64,000 bases of DNA from a virus, in IMG/VR virus record IMGVR_UViG_3300030101_002380, positions 1-64,000 of that record; one strand, given 5' to 3'. Both the position numbers and the translations under genes were made by a program. Under the pieces are notes generated by a model. The model worked only from the letters and a program-made list of their open reading frames with translations. It was not told the DNA's origin and searched no databases. This document shows positions 47,370 through 56,700 of the stretch, in pieces; the first letter of the stretch is position 1, and each line of letters opens with the position of its first letter.

Positions 47370-48460
47370 GAGAAGAAGTACAAAAGCAGGCATTAGATCT
47401 TGCAGTAAATAATAAAAGATGCGGTCTTGGTATATCTATGGGTGTTGGTAAAACTAGAATAGCTATTCAACACTTACAGAAAAACTATGATGCGTTTATA
47501 AGAGCACTAGTTGTTATACCCAAGCTAACTGTAATGGATGCTTGGATGGAAGAACTAATGAAAATGGGTTTATCTGACAAGTTAATAGGTCATATACAAT
47601 TTGTAACATATCTATCTTTAAATAAAAAGAACCCAAATGATTATGATATAGTATATTTAGATGAATGTCATAGTTTATTAGATAGTCATAGTGCATTTTT
47701 ATCAGAGTTTAAAGGTAAGATCCTTGGTCTTACTGGTACACCACCAAGAAAAGGCACAGAGAAATACAAAATGGTCAATAAGTATTGTCCTATTGTATAT
47801 AATTATAGTGTTGATGAAGCTACAGATAGTAATATACTTAATGATTACAAGATTATTGTGCATGAGTTACAACTATCTAAACTTAAAACACATAAAAAGA
47901 AAGCTAAGAATGGTGGTTTCTGGTATACATCAGAAAAGGCAGACTATGATTACTTTACATCACGTGTAGGTGATGCACAGACACAGAAGCAAAAGCAATT
48001 TGCATCTATAATGCGTATGAAAGCTATGATGGATTATCCAACAAAGGAATCATATGCAAAAGGTCTACTTAAAAACATAGATCAAAAGTGTCTTGTATTT
48101 GCTAATACAAAGAAACAAGCAGATAGAATGTGTGATCATAGTTATCACTCTAGTAATAAGAACTCTGAAGAGAACTTAGAACTATTTAGTGATGGTAGAA
48201 TAAATAAGATGTCTTGTGTATTACAACTTAGTGAAGGTATATCTATACCAGATCTAAAACAAGGTATCATAATGCATGCATACGGTAATGAAAGAAAGAC
48301 TTCACAACGTATAGGTAGACTACTTAGGTTGCTACCATATCAACAGTCTATTTGTCATATACTATGTTATGCAAATACAATAGATGTTAAATGGGTTAAC
48401 TCAGCGTTATCTACATTTGACCAAGACAAGGTACATTTTTATAACCCTTTAGATAATTAA
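47366..48460 (+). CDS. Superfamily 2 helicase
   Basis: SMGVGKT, LDECH, LTGTP, LSEGISIP, QRIGRLLR. Confidence 0.9.
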   Translation: MREEVQKQALDLAVNNKRCGLGISMGVGKTRIAIQHLQKNYDAFIRALVVIPKLTVMDAWMEELMKMGLSDKLIGHIQFVTYLSLNKKNPNDYDIVYLDECHSLLDSHSAFLSEFKGKILGLTGTPPRKGTEKYKMVNKYCPIVYNYSVDEATDSNILNDYKIIVHELQLSKLKTHKKKAKNGGFWYTSEKADYDYFTSRVGDAQTQKQKQFASIMRMKAMMDYPTKESYAKGLLKNIDQKCLVFANTKKQADRMCDHSYHSSNKNSEENLELFSDGRINKMSCVLQLSEGISIPDLKQGIIMHAYGNERKTSQRIGRLLRLLPYQQSICHILCYANTIDVKWVNSALSTFDQDKVHFYNPLDN

Positions 48461-48462
48461 TT

Positions 48463-48627
48463 ATGAAATATTTATTAGTATTATTAGTTTTCCTTACATC
48501 ATGTGGTGCTACACAGGAAATAACACACCGTCAGTTACAGATTCAAAAAGAAATAGATATGTTACAGGCTGAGTATTATTATACTGTAGACTCACTTTAC
48601 ATTGAGTATTATAAAAAAGAGCAGTGA
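48463..48627 (+). CDS. Small lipoprotein (54 aa), missed by the ORF track
   Basis: MKYLLVLLVFLTSC-GATQE..: signal peptide II with lipobox LTSC. Confidence 0.65.
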   Translation: MKYLLVLLVFLTSCGATQEITHRQLQIQKEIDMLQAEYYYTVDSLYIEYYKKEQ

Positions 48628-48628
48628 C

Positions 48629-48766
48629 ATGGGAAAGATGAAAGAAGTATATCAATCAATGAAAGATGATGATTGGAAAGGTACTGCAGAAGAGTACCTG
48701 AAATGGTGGATAAAGAAGCAGGCAGAGCAAATAGATAAAAAAAATAAAAAAAAGAAAAAGAAATGA
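48629..48766 (+). CDS. 45-aa protein with poly-Lys tail
   Basis: MGKMKEVYQSMKDDDWKGTAEEYLKWWIKK..KKKKKK*; fills the gap exactly, ATGA overlap with the next gene. Confidence 0.55.
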   Translation: MGKMKEVYQSMKDDDWKGTAEEYLKWWIKKQAEQIDKKNKKKKKK

Positions 48767-49152
48767 CAGTAATAGCTTTTATAGTTTTATTTATTACAGG
48801 TATGGCTGCAGGTTTTTACATCTGCACACAAATATCTGACAAACATGCACATAGATTTAATGAAATGAGAACAAAACCAGTAAGGATCTTGGTTTCTTAT
48901 GTAGAACAAGGTCCTGGTAGATTCTATGGTATGTATATATATGATGATATTAAAGATCAGTGGTATTGTAAGTTTAGTTCTTTAGTAGAGGCTAACGCTA
49001 TACTACAATCTTATGGTATTAAGACTCCTTTACCAGAAAGTATTTCTGAAAGAGGATCAACAACTAAGCTTGATATGATAACTAAAAGATTCACTTGGGA
49101 ACATGCAGACTATGTAGAGTTTGATTGGAATCAGTGTATGGATGTATCATGA
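48763..49152 (+). CDS. Hypothetical protein with N-terminal membrane anchor
   Basis: 129 aa; hydrophobic first 20 residues. Confidence 0.55.
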   Translation: MTVIAFIVLFITGMAAGFYICTQISDKHAHRFNEMRTKPVRILVSYVEQGPGRFYGMYIYDDIKDQWYCKFSSLVEANAILQSYGIKTPLPESISERGSTTKLDMITKRFTWEHADYVEFDWNQCMDVS

Positions 49153-49532
49153 AAGCAAATTTGTTTGCCAACCTAACCAAACGTGATGGTAAGTTGGAGT
49201 ATAATGTCAAGGCACAAGAGACAATATACAATAAGTTTGTAGAAGATTTACCTGAAGGAGCTAAAGTAGAAATATTTGTTAGCATCTCAGGTGACAATGG
49301 CACTAATGCACAGATAGCTAAGATCCATGTAAGTATTAGACAACTTGCAAATGATCTTGGTTATTCCTTTAGTGAGATGAAGTTACTTATAAAAAGAAAA
49401 GCAGGACTCTGTTTCAATAAGAATGGAACTGAGTACTGCAAATCTTTTGGTGACTGTAGTAAAGAAGAATTAAACTCTGTAATACAAGAGATTATAGAAT
49501 TAGGAGATGAAGTTGGATCTAACCTTCGTTAG
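49149..49532 (+). CDS. NinB/Orf-like recombination protein
   Basis: TNAQIAKIH..LANDLGY..EMKLLIK..KSFGDCSKEELNSVIQ; start ATG 49149 (ATGA overlap). Confidence 0.55.
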   Translation: MKANLFANLTKRDGKLEYNVKAQETIYNKFVEDLPEGAKVEIFVSISGDNGTNAQIAKIHVSIRQLANDLGYSFSEMKLLIKRKAGLCFNKNGTEYCKSFGDCSKEELNSVIQEIIELGDEVGSNLR

Positions 49533-50046
49533 AATTTTGATCTGACTTCTTATCTCTCCATTCTTGCTCTTGCTTTCTAATTTCTTCAAAGTCTGCTTTA
49601 TTATCTTTGAACATTTTAGAAAGATCATCATCACTTGTTTCTTGGATTAGACCCATCATATTATTTAAAGTCTGATCATATTCTTCTTCAGTGATAATAA
49701 CATGACCTTGTTGAACTGCTTGTCTATTAAACTCAGTTTGAATTGTCATTAAAGTCCATAGTGTATTCATTAATGGATTTGCAGGTGCATCTTTAGGATA
49801 ATTTTTAAAGTTATCTTTAATATGATGAAGTGCAATAATCAATTCTTCTTCTTTGTGTATAGAGAATATATAGTTTAATGAATCTTCTATATATCTTCTA
49901 AATCCTCCAGAGAATGGTATATTAATAACAGATTCTGGATCAACAACCATTATCTTATTGTCTTCCATAGCCTTTTTAGCAGCAGCAATGTTAGCTTGTC
50001 TATCTTTCATTGCTTGCTCCTGTAAGTTAATTTTTTTCTTTGCCAT
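49519..50046 (-). CDS. Hypothetical helical protein, lone minus-strand gene in the early block
   Basis: 175 aa with its own TATATTTG promoter at 50157-50164. Confidence 0.7.
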   Translation of the reverse strand: MAKKKINLQEQAMKDRQANIAAAKKAMEDNKIMVVDPESVINIPFSGGFRRYIEDSLNYIFSIHKEEELIIALHHIKDNFKNYPKDAPANPLMNTLWTLMTIQTEFNRQAVQQGHVIITEEEYDQTLNNMMGLIQETSDDDLSKMFKDNKADFEEIRKQEQEWRDKKSDQNSNEG

Positions 50047-50156
50047 TTGTATATCTTTTAATTAATAACGGGTTTATTTTAACCCTCTGTTTTTTTATTC
50101 TTGGTTCACCAAGTACAACTAATAATTTTTCTGTCAAAAGCAGGGTATTCATATGG

Positions 50157-50183
50157 CAAATATAGTAAAATTTCTTATATTTG
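50157..50183. promoter_or_regulatory. Back-to-back Bacteroidota -7 promoter elements
   Basis: TATATTTG on minus (50157-50164) and on plus (50176-50183). Confidence 0.6.
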
Positions 50184-50206
50184 TAAACTTTAAAACCAAT
50201 AATAAT

Positions 50207-50788
50207 ATGTTTCAAGAAGAACATAAAAAAATGACTAAAGAAATTCAGTTATTTATAAACCAATTTGAATTAAAATATAACAAGAAGTTACAAGTGATTG
50301 TAGCAGAAAAACTAGGATCATCTAAAATTAATAACTACACTAAAATGTGGAAGAATGAAATAGATGCACTAGCAAATATAAATATAACCAACAAGCTCAA
50401 AGAACTTGAAGAAATTGTATTACACACAATAAGGCAGATAGATCCATCACTTAGCAATATGGATTCCATGATAGTTAATTCTAGAAGAAGAGATGTTTTA
50501 ATATGGGTACAGTGTTTCTCATATATAGCAAGAAAACTTGGCTTTACTACCACAAGAATAGGAGAGTATATAAATAGAGATCATGCTACTGTATTACACA
50601 CAGTGAAATCAGTACAGAATATGATAGATACAAATCAAACAGATTATATGGTAGTACATAAAGCTGTATTAAAAAACATTAAAGATTATGTGGGAATTAT
50701 TTCAACAAATACTGAAGGAGAAAATGACACCCAATCAATTCTTGATTCTTTACGGAATAAAGAAGAGTCTGTCATTACCATTACCTGA
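50207..50788 (+). CDS. Protein with DnaA C-terminal (domain IV) HTH
   Basis: SRRRDV..YIARKLGFTTTRIGEYINRDHATVLH matches the DnaA domain IV signature; probable start ATG 50207. Confidence 0.75.
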   Translation: MFQEEHKKMTKEIQLFINQFELKYNKKLQVIVAEKLGSSKINNYTKMWKNEIDALANINITNKLKELEEIVLHTIRQIDPSLSNMDSMIVNSRRRDVLIWVQCFSYIARKLGFTTTRIGEYINRDHATVLHTVKSVQNMIDTNQTDYMVVHKAVLKNIKDYVGIISTNTEGENDTQSILDSLRNKEESVITIT

Positions 50789-51272
50789 TAATCAATCAGA
50801 TGTTCAACAACTTAAGTCATTAGGTTTTATTGAACAAGATGGTTCATTATCTATAAATGCTAATAAAGTAATAGCAAGATTTGAAAACTACTTTATTAAA
50901 GCTAAGAAGAGAACCAGTATCCAGCTTATGGGTAAGGAGTTCTTGAAAAGAATCAATGAATATAGAGATATATTTCCTGCAGGTAAACTACCAAGTGGTA
51001 AGCCTGCACGTGTTAATGTAAAGACATTAGAAAATTCATTTAGATGGTTCTTTGAAAACTATGATTTTAGTTGGGATGAAGTTATAGATGCAACAAGTAT
51101 GTATGTTAATTCATACAGGGACAATGATTATATGTATATGAAGACAAGCCAGTATTTTATTAGTAAACAAGATAAATCTAAAGTCAGGACATCTGATCTT
51201 GCAGATTATTGTGATATGGTAAGAGATGGTGTTGAGCCTGAAGATACTCACTTTAAAGAGAAAGTAGTATGA
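50688..51272 (+). CDS. Hypothetical replication protein (possible helicase loader/initiator)
   Basis: 194 aa directly upstream of, and coupled to, the DnaB-like gene. Confidence 0.45.
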   Translation: MWELFQQILKEKMTPNQFLILYGIKKSLSLPLPDNQSDVQQLKSLGFIEQDGSLSINANKVIARFENYFIKAKKRTSIQLMGKEFLKRINEYRDIFPAGKLPSGKPARVNVKTLENSFRWFFENYDFSWDEVIDATSMYVNSYRDNDYMYMKTSQYFISKQDKSKVRTSDLADYCDMVRDGVEPEDTHFKEKVV

Positions 51273-52216
51273 AAGAGGCATGGCATGGACAATATCAATC
51301 ATTTAATGAAGCACTTAAATATATGCTTGACAGACAATCCGGCAAGGAGAAGTCTATACAAACACCATGGCCTAAGTTTAATGATGCTGTAACAGATGGA
51401 TTAGAGTGGAATACTCTTACTGTTATTGGCGGTAGACCAGGGTCAGGTAAGACGCTAATTAAAGATCAAATAATTAGAGAGTCATTTGTTCTTAATCCTG
51501 AAGAAAACTACAGAGTTCTTGAGTTTCAATTTGAGATGGTAGGTAGAACCTCAGCATTAAGAGAGTTTAGTTCTATAACCGGTAAGACATACAAACAATT
51601 ATGTAGTGCTGGTCATGTTCTAAGTAAGGATACATTTGATAAATGTCATATGTATGCTAAAGATAGAGTTAAAAGTCCAGTAGATATTATATCTACACCC
51701 ATGACTGTAAATCAAATGCGTGAACAAGTAGACATGTATATGAATGAACACCAGGGTCAAAAGACAATTATAACTCTAGATCATACAATACTAGTAAAAC
51801 GTGCACCTTATCAGAATAACAGATTAGATATGTTATTTGAATTAGGTGAGTTTTTTACACAAGTTAAACGTGAATATCCTTGTATGTTTATAGCACTATC
51901 ACAATTAAATAGAAACATAGATAATCCGGATAGAGCAGTAGATGGTAAGTATGGTAACTATGTACTTGAATCAGATATATTTGGTTCAGATGCAATGTTA
52001 CAACATGCTGATACACTAATAGGTATAAACCGTCCTGCTAAACAAAAGATTAGATTCTATGGTCCTGATAGATATATAATACAAGATGATAAGACACTAG
52101 TTTTACATTTTCTAAAAGCCAGAAATGGTGACACAAGAATGAGTTTTTTCAAAGCTCAGTTTGAGAGAATGCAAATAGCAGAGATGGACACACCACCTCA
52201 GCAAGAAAGAAGATAA
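51269..52216 (+). CDS. dnaB: DnaB-like replicative helicase (ATPase domain only)
   Basis: GGRPGSGKT, FQFEM, ITLDH, LSQLNR, QHAD, KARNG. Confidence 0.88.
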   Translation: MKEAWHGQYQSFNEALKYMLDRQSGKEKSIQTPWPKFNDAVTDGLEWNTLTVIGGRPGSGKTLIKDQIIRESFVLNPEENYRVLEFQFEMVGRTSALREFSSITGKTYKQLCSAGHVLSKDTFDKCHMYAKDRVKSPVDIISTPMTVNQMREQVDMYMNEHQGQKTIITLDHTILVKRAPYQNNRLDMLFELGEFFTQVKREYPCMFIALSQLNRNIDNPDRAVDGKYGNYVLESDIFGSDAMLQHADTLIGINRPAKQKIRFYGPDRYIIQDDKTLVLHFLKARNGDTRMSFFKAQFERMQIAEMDTPPQQERR

Positions 52217-52218
52217 TT

Positions 52219-52749
52219 ATGATAAGTACAAAATTAAAAGATAACATTATGACTCCAGCTGAACGTAAACAAAAAGTAGCCAAGCTAAGGGAAGAGCATG
52301 AAGATTATTTCCAAACTATGGGTATAATTAATGCTTTATATATACCTAAGATGGCCTATAGACCAAGTGGTAAAGATGATCTACATGTATCATTTTTTCC
52401 AAGTGAGTTAGAAAAAGGTAAAGATATTTACACAGAGTTTGTAAGTATACAGTATGAGTCTGAAGATCCTAAAAGAACTTTATATTTAGTTAAACATAAT
52501 CCGCATTGGAAAGAGGAGTATGAACTAATTACAAGTAACTCAGGATTTGAAAGACATCTGATACCTGTTTCAGAGTTAAAAGCTATCAATGATGTAACTA
52601 GTAGAGGACAGAAGTTTACTACTAAGGACATCAAAGAAGATTTTGACAAAATAAAATTACCAGATCCAGAAACTGGTAGAGATATGCTAGATGTACTAAA
52701 AGGTATTGAGAGAGCATTATTAAGTATAAGTAATAAATTAAATAAATAA
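52219..52749 (+). CDS. Hypothetical protein
   Basis: 176 aa within the replication operon. Confidence 0.6.
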   Translation: MISTKLKDNIMTPAERKQKVAKLREEHEDYFQTMGIINALYIPKMAYRPSGKDDLHVSFFPSELEKGKDIYTEFVSIQYESEDPKRTLYLVKHNPHWKEEYELITSNSGFERHLIPVSELKAINDVTSRGQKFTTKDIKEDFDKIKLPDPETGRDMLDVLKGIERALLSISNKLNK

Positions 52750-52751
52750 GT

Positions 52752-53432
52752 ATGGCACAAAGCGTATTAGTCATTGCAGACTCAGGGACTGGAAAGTCCA
52801 CATCTATTAGGACATTAGATCCTAAAGAAACTTTTATTATTAACATTGCTAACAAGCCGTTACCATTTAAAGGTTGGAAGAAGAATTACATTAATATTAG
52901 TAAAGAAAATCCAAAAGGTAATATGACTTCAGCTTCATCCGCTAATGGTATAGTTAAGGCTATGATGCATGTAAATGATAAAATGCCACACATCAAAACA
53001 TTAGTTATTGATGATTGGCAATATATGTCCAGCTTTGAATATTTTGATAGAGCTAGTGAAAAAGGTTATGATAAGTTTACTCAAATTGCAGCAAACTTAG
53101 CACAGGTTGCTAAGATGCCTAAAGATATGAGAGAAGACTTGACTATCTTTTTCTTAACTCATTCAGAAGATTCAACTGATATTAACGGACACAGAAAGGT
53201 TAAAGCTAAAACTATTGGTAAGATGATAGATAATACTTTAACATTAGAAGGTCTTTTCTCTATTGTTTTATTTGGTAGAGTTAAGAAGAATGAAGACTCA
53301 TTAGAATATGGGTTTGATACACAAAATAATGGAGAGAACACATGTAAGTCTCCAATGGGAATGTTTGATGATTCCTTTATACCTAATGATTTACAATTCG
53401 TAAAGAATTGTATTACAACTTATGAAAATTAA
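52752..53432 (+). CDS. AAA ATPase (AAA_24/Sak4-like)
   Basis: ADSGTGKST, LVIDD, LTHSE, KTIGKMID, CKSPMGMF. Confidence 0.8.
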   Translation: MAQSVLVIADSGTGKSTSIRTLDPKETFIINIANKPLPFKGWKKNYINISKENPKGNMTSASSANGIVKAMMHVNDKMPHIKTLVIDDWQYMSSFEYFDRASEKGYDKFTQIAANLAQVAKMPKDMREDLTIFFLTHSEDSTDINGHRKVKAKTIGKMIDNTLTLEGLFSIVLFGRVKKNEDSLEYGFDTQNNGENTCKSPMGMFDDSFIPNDLQFVKNCITTYEN

Positions 53433-53437
53433 TTATT

Positions 53438-54139
53438 ATGAATGAAGTAAAAAGTAAAGTTATGTTTAATACAAAAGACATGTCTGCTGGATCAAGCAGA
53501 CCAAAACCAGTAATGAGTCCAGGTAATCAAGTTATTAGAATTAATTCTATCACATTTGATAAGACACCATATGACTCTGAAGCGTACAATATTACTCTAC
53601 ATGTAGAAACAGAGCCTATTAAAGGAGACTTTGAAGGTTTTTATAAAGACATGGATGACCAATCTAAAGGTAGATATGAAGGCCAGGTTGGCAGAGTTAG
53701 AATGACTCCATATCCATATAAAGATGCAACACTTCCAAGTGGACGTGAGGTATCTAGAGATCAAGAAGTATTAAAGTCTATGATCTTTTTATCTGAGCAA
53801 TTAGGTAAAAGAGATGCACTAGATGCTATTGAGGCAGACACAATAGAAGCTTTTATGACAAAAGCATCAGGATTATTTGCTAATAGTGATTTCTTTAATG
53901 CTTGTATAGGTTCAAGACAATGGGAAAATAAAGAAGGTTATATTAATGATGATCTTTATTTACCTAGACCATCTAAGGATGGAGTTCCTGTAGAGGCTAT
54001 GGATACTGATGCTACTAAGTCTAGACTTATGACATATGATAGGTCTACACATCTTAGAGAGATTGTTAAGAAAGAAACACCAGCTGCTGATTCTTCATTT
54101 GAAGGAACAAAAGGTAGTGGATCTGACTTTGAACTGTAA
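53438..54139 (+). CDS. Putative ssDNA-binding protein, partner of the Sak4-like ATPase
   Basis: 233 aa directly after the AAA ATPase; acidic/aromatic tail SDFEL. Confidence 0.5.
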   Translation: MNEVKSKVMFNTKDMSAGSSRPKPVMSPGNQVIRINSITFDKTPYDSEAYNITLHVETEPIKGDFEGFYKDMDDQSKGRYEGQVGRVRMTPYPYKDATLPSGREVSRDQEVLKSMIFLSEQLGKRDALDAIEADTIEAFMTKASGLFANSDFFNACIGSRQWENKEGYINDDLYLPRPSKDGVPVEAMDTDATKSRLMTYDRSTHLREIVKKETPAADSSFEGTKGSGSDFEL

Positions 54140-54246
54140 ATAATAAAAGGGGTGCTGAATGGTGTAATGTAGTTCCAGACGTGGTCATACCAGCTTAATT
54201 GAGGAGAAAACACTTGCGTTGTCCAACCCTCAGCCCTAATATTATT

Positions 54247-55218
54247 ATGATAAGTACAAAGAATCTTGTATCTGATGAAAGCAAAGTACCAAGTGCTTGG
54301 GTATTTCAATACTATCTGGATTTACCAGAGAGTTTAACTGGACAAAATGTTAGAATACATTCTATATTTAATCCCGGTGAAAGGACACCAAGCATGTGGG
54401 TCTTTGTTGATAAGAGTACAAGGCAGTATAAATTTAAAGATTTCTCAACAGGAAACTATGGTAACAAGATTGATCTTATTAAAGAGCTTTTCAGTATAGA
54501 CTACTCAAAAGCTGTATTTAAAATGATTAATGATTACAATAAGTTTGCATTAGAAAAAGGTAAATATAACATAGAGGTTAAGGATCATCCTAGATATAAG
54601 GTTGATTATTGCAGTGAACGCCTATGGAATAGATTGGATCAGCAATACTGGTTACAGTTTAACATTGGTAAGTTAACATTAGAGAAATATAATGTAAAAC
54701 CTCTTGAATATTATACTATGTCAAAAGATGATCCTGATGGTGTTAAGACTATTAAGATGGAGTATCCAAAGTTATATGGCTACTTTGACAAGGATGGTAA
54801 AGTTTATAAAATATACCAACCGTCACAAAAAAAATATAAATTCATAAAGATCAATGCACATCTGCAAGGCTTTGATCAGTTAGAATATAATCAACCTTAT
54901 TTGGTTATATGTTCTTCTCTGAAAGATGCAATGTGTCTTAGTCAGTTTGGTTATAACCTTGAGGTTATTGCTCCTGACTCAGAGAATACAGTAATCAAAC
55001 CGTATATAATCCAAAATCTTAAGAATAAATATAAAAAAGTTATAACTTTGTTTGATAATGATGTTGCCGGACATGCAGCTGTAAATAAATATTTACTGCA
55101 TTTTAACATAAAAGGCACATGGTTAGACAGTAGTAAAGACATTGCTGATCTTGTAAAAGAAAAAGGTTTTGATGCTGCTCATAGAGAAATTAAAGTTAAA
55201 CTTAAAAGTATATTATGA
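54247..55218 (+). CDS. DNA primase (TOPRIM)
   Basis: ERTPSM..FKDFSTG, CSSLKDAM, LFDND..G, KDIAD; start ATG 54247. Confidence 0.82.
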   Translation: MISTKNLVSDESKVPSAWVFQYYLDLPESLTGQNVRIHSIFNPGERTPSMWVFVDKSTRQYKFKDFSTGNYGNKIDLIKELFSIDYSKAVFKMINDYNKFALEKGKYNIEVKDHPRYKVDYCSERLWNRLDQQYWLQFNIGKLTLEKYNVKPLEYYTMSKDDPDGVKTIKMEYPKLYGYFDKDGKVYKIYQPSQKKYKFIKINAHLQGFDQLEYNQPYLVICSSLKDAMCLSQFGYNLEVIAPDSENTVIKPYIIQNLKNKYKKVITLFDNDVAGHAAVNKYLLHFNIKGTWLDSSKDIADLVKEKGFDAAHREIKVKLKSIL

Positions 55219-55661
55219 AATGGTTTATACCGGGGAATGTACCCTCAAGTAAAAATGGTAGAAGGTGGACTGGTAAATATTTTATATCAAGTAAAACTGT
55301 TATGAAATATAGAAAGGACACTACTAAATATTACAAGAAGCATGCAGCTTCCTTTACAAAGGAGTTAGCAAAGCATGATCTTCCTGTAACAATATCATTT
55401 AAATTTTATAGAGGTACACGGCACAAGTTTGATTATATAAATCCTGCACAAACGGTTCAAGATGACATGGTAAAGCATGGTTGGATTGAAGATGATAATA
55501 TGACATTTATGTTGCCGCATTTTGAAGAGTATGTGTATGATAAACAGAATCCGGGTGTTGAAATTAAAATAATTAAAAATGAAAAATCTAACAATAAAAC
55601 AAAAGCTAAAACTAAGAGAACTAAAAGATCTAGGGATAGTAAAAATTCAAATACATTATAG
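55215..55661 (+). CDS. RusA-like Holliday junction resolvase
   Basis: IPGNVPSSKN, FDYIN..VQDDM..WIEDDN. Confidence 0.75.
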   Translation: MKWFIPGNVPSSKNGRRWTGKYFISSKTVMKYRKDTTKYYKKHAASFTKELAKHDLPVTISFKFYRGTRHKFDYINPAQTVQDDMVKHGWIEDDNMTFMLPHFEEYVYDKQNPGVEIKIIKNEKSNNKTKAKTKRTKRSRDSKNSNTL

Positions 55662-55959
55662 TGGAGGTGGTGATGATGGTTGCATTGATAGTGCTGATGC
55701 ATATATATTAGATGAAAATGGTAAAGAAAAATGGGATAGAGATATTGTTCCTGTTGACTTTCTTGATATGTTTGAGGAGGTACTTTATAATTTTATAAGT
55801 AAAAATGTTGAGTGGGATTGGGTCAACAATGATGGTGGTTATGGAAGTTTAGAAATTAATGTTGATACAGGAGAATTAACTATTCATCATACTCAAAGGC
55901 ATTCAGAAGACTATGAGTATCCTATAAAGGAAAATCCTATTACTAAAGCTTTGGCATAA
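55579..55959 (+). CDS. Hypothetical protein (DUF6878-like)
   Basis: YSGGGDDGCI..WVNNDGGYG; family recalled, not searched. Confidence 0.55.
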   Translation: MKNLTIKQKLKLRELKDLGIVKIQIHYSGGGDDGCIDSADAYILDENGKEKWDRDIVPVDFLDMFEEVLYNFISKNVEWDWVNNDGGYGSLEINVDTGELTIHHTQRHSEDYEYPIKENPITKALA

Positions 55960-56306
55960 TGGCTCATCCATTATTGCATTCTAAATCTTCTGCAAGGAAG
56001 TTTGGAGGTAAACCTGAAGACTATAACCACATCCATGATTGGATGGATGAAACTAAAAGTTGGTTAGGTTCCTCTATGCACAGAATGTTTAGACATCACA
56101 GTGAAGGTATCTTTGCTTGTGAAGATAGATTTGGTAAATCATTTAAAAATTCAGATGGTAAAACTGTATATACTAGATATGTTGCAGAGCAACATGTAAG
56201 AGAGGATTGTAATAATTACATTCCTACTGCAAAAGAATGGTTAGACATTCTTAATAGTAATAAAACGCCTATATGGGCATTAAAAACAATGAAAATAAAT
56301 GATTAA
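55959..56306 (+). CDS. His-rich protein (DUF6915-like)
   Basis: MAHPLLHSKSSARKFGG..DY..IHDWMD..HRMFRHH..EQHVRED; family recalled, not searched. Confidence 0.6.
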   Translation: MAHPLLHSKSSARKFGGKPEDYNHIHDWMDETKSWLGSSMHRMFRHHSEGIFACEDRFGKSFKNSDGKTVYTRYVAEQHVREDCNNYIPTAKEWLDILNSNKTPIWALKTMKIND

Positions 56307-56700
56307 ATTAACTTTAGAATTATATTTACAAAATAAAAGATTAATAAACGGATCAGATGAAGATATGCAAATAGGTATATCTAATCTTATAAATATAGAT
56401 GTTTCTGATACGGTGATAATAGCAATAGCTAAGTCATTGGATGCTCAACGTAGAAGTGCTTTTATATCACAACTTAGTAAAGCAGAAAATTGGAATACAG
56501 AAACAGAAGCTTTAGAAAGAATGAGTGATCTTAGAGAAAAGTGTAAACCTTGGAGTGAAGTATTTCAGATTCTTAAAAAGAAATCTGTTTCTGATATAGA
56601 AAAAGAAATAGTAAAGTATGAAATTACCAATCTGTATCTAGTTGGATTAGGAACTGATAAAAATTTTGTAAAGAAAATTAATTTAGAATTAGCATGGTAA
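56299..56700 (+). CDS. Hypothetical protein
   Basis: 133 aa; N-terminal LINGSDEDMQIG motif. Confidence 0.55.
   Translation: MIKLTLELYLQNKRLINGSDEDMQIGISNLINIDVSDTVIIAIAKSLDAQRRSAFISQLSKAENWNTETEALERMSDLREKCKPWSEVFQILKKKSVSDIEKEIVKYEITNLYLVGLGTDKNFVKKINLELAW

Noticed and set aside
50027-50224. 65-aa minus ORF and the 50153 start for the DnaA-domain gene
   Set aside because: Both span the paired promoter elements; the region reads better as regulatory with the start at 50207
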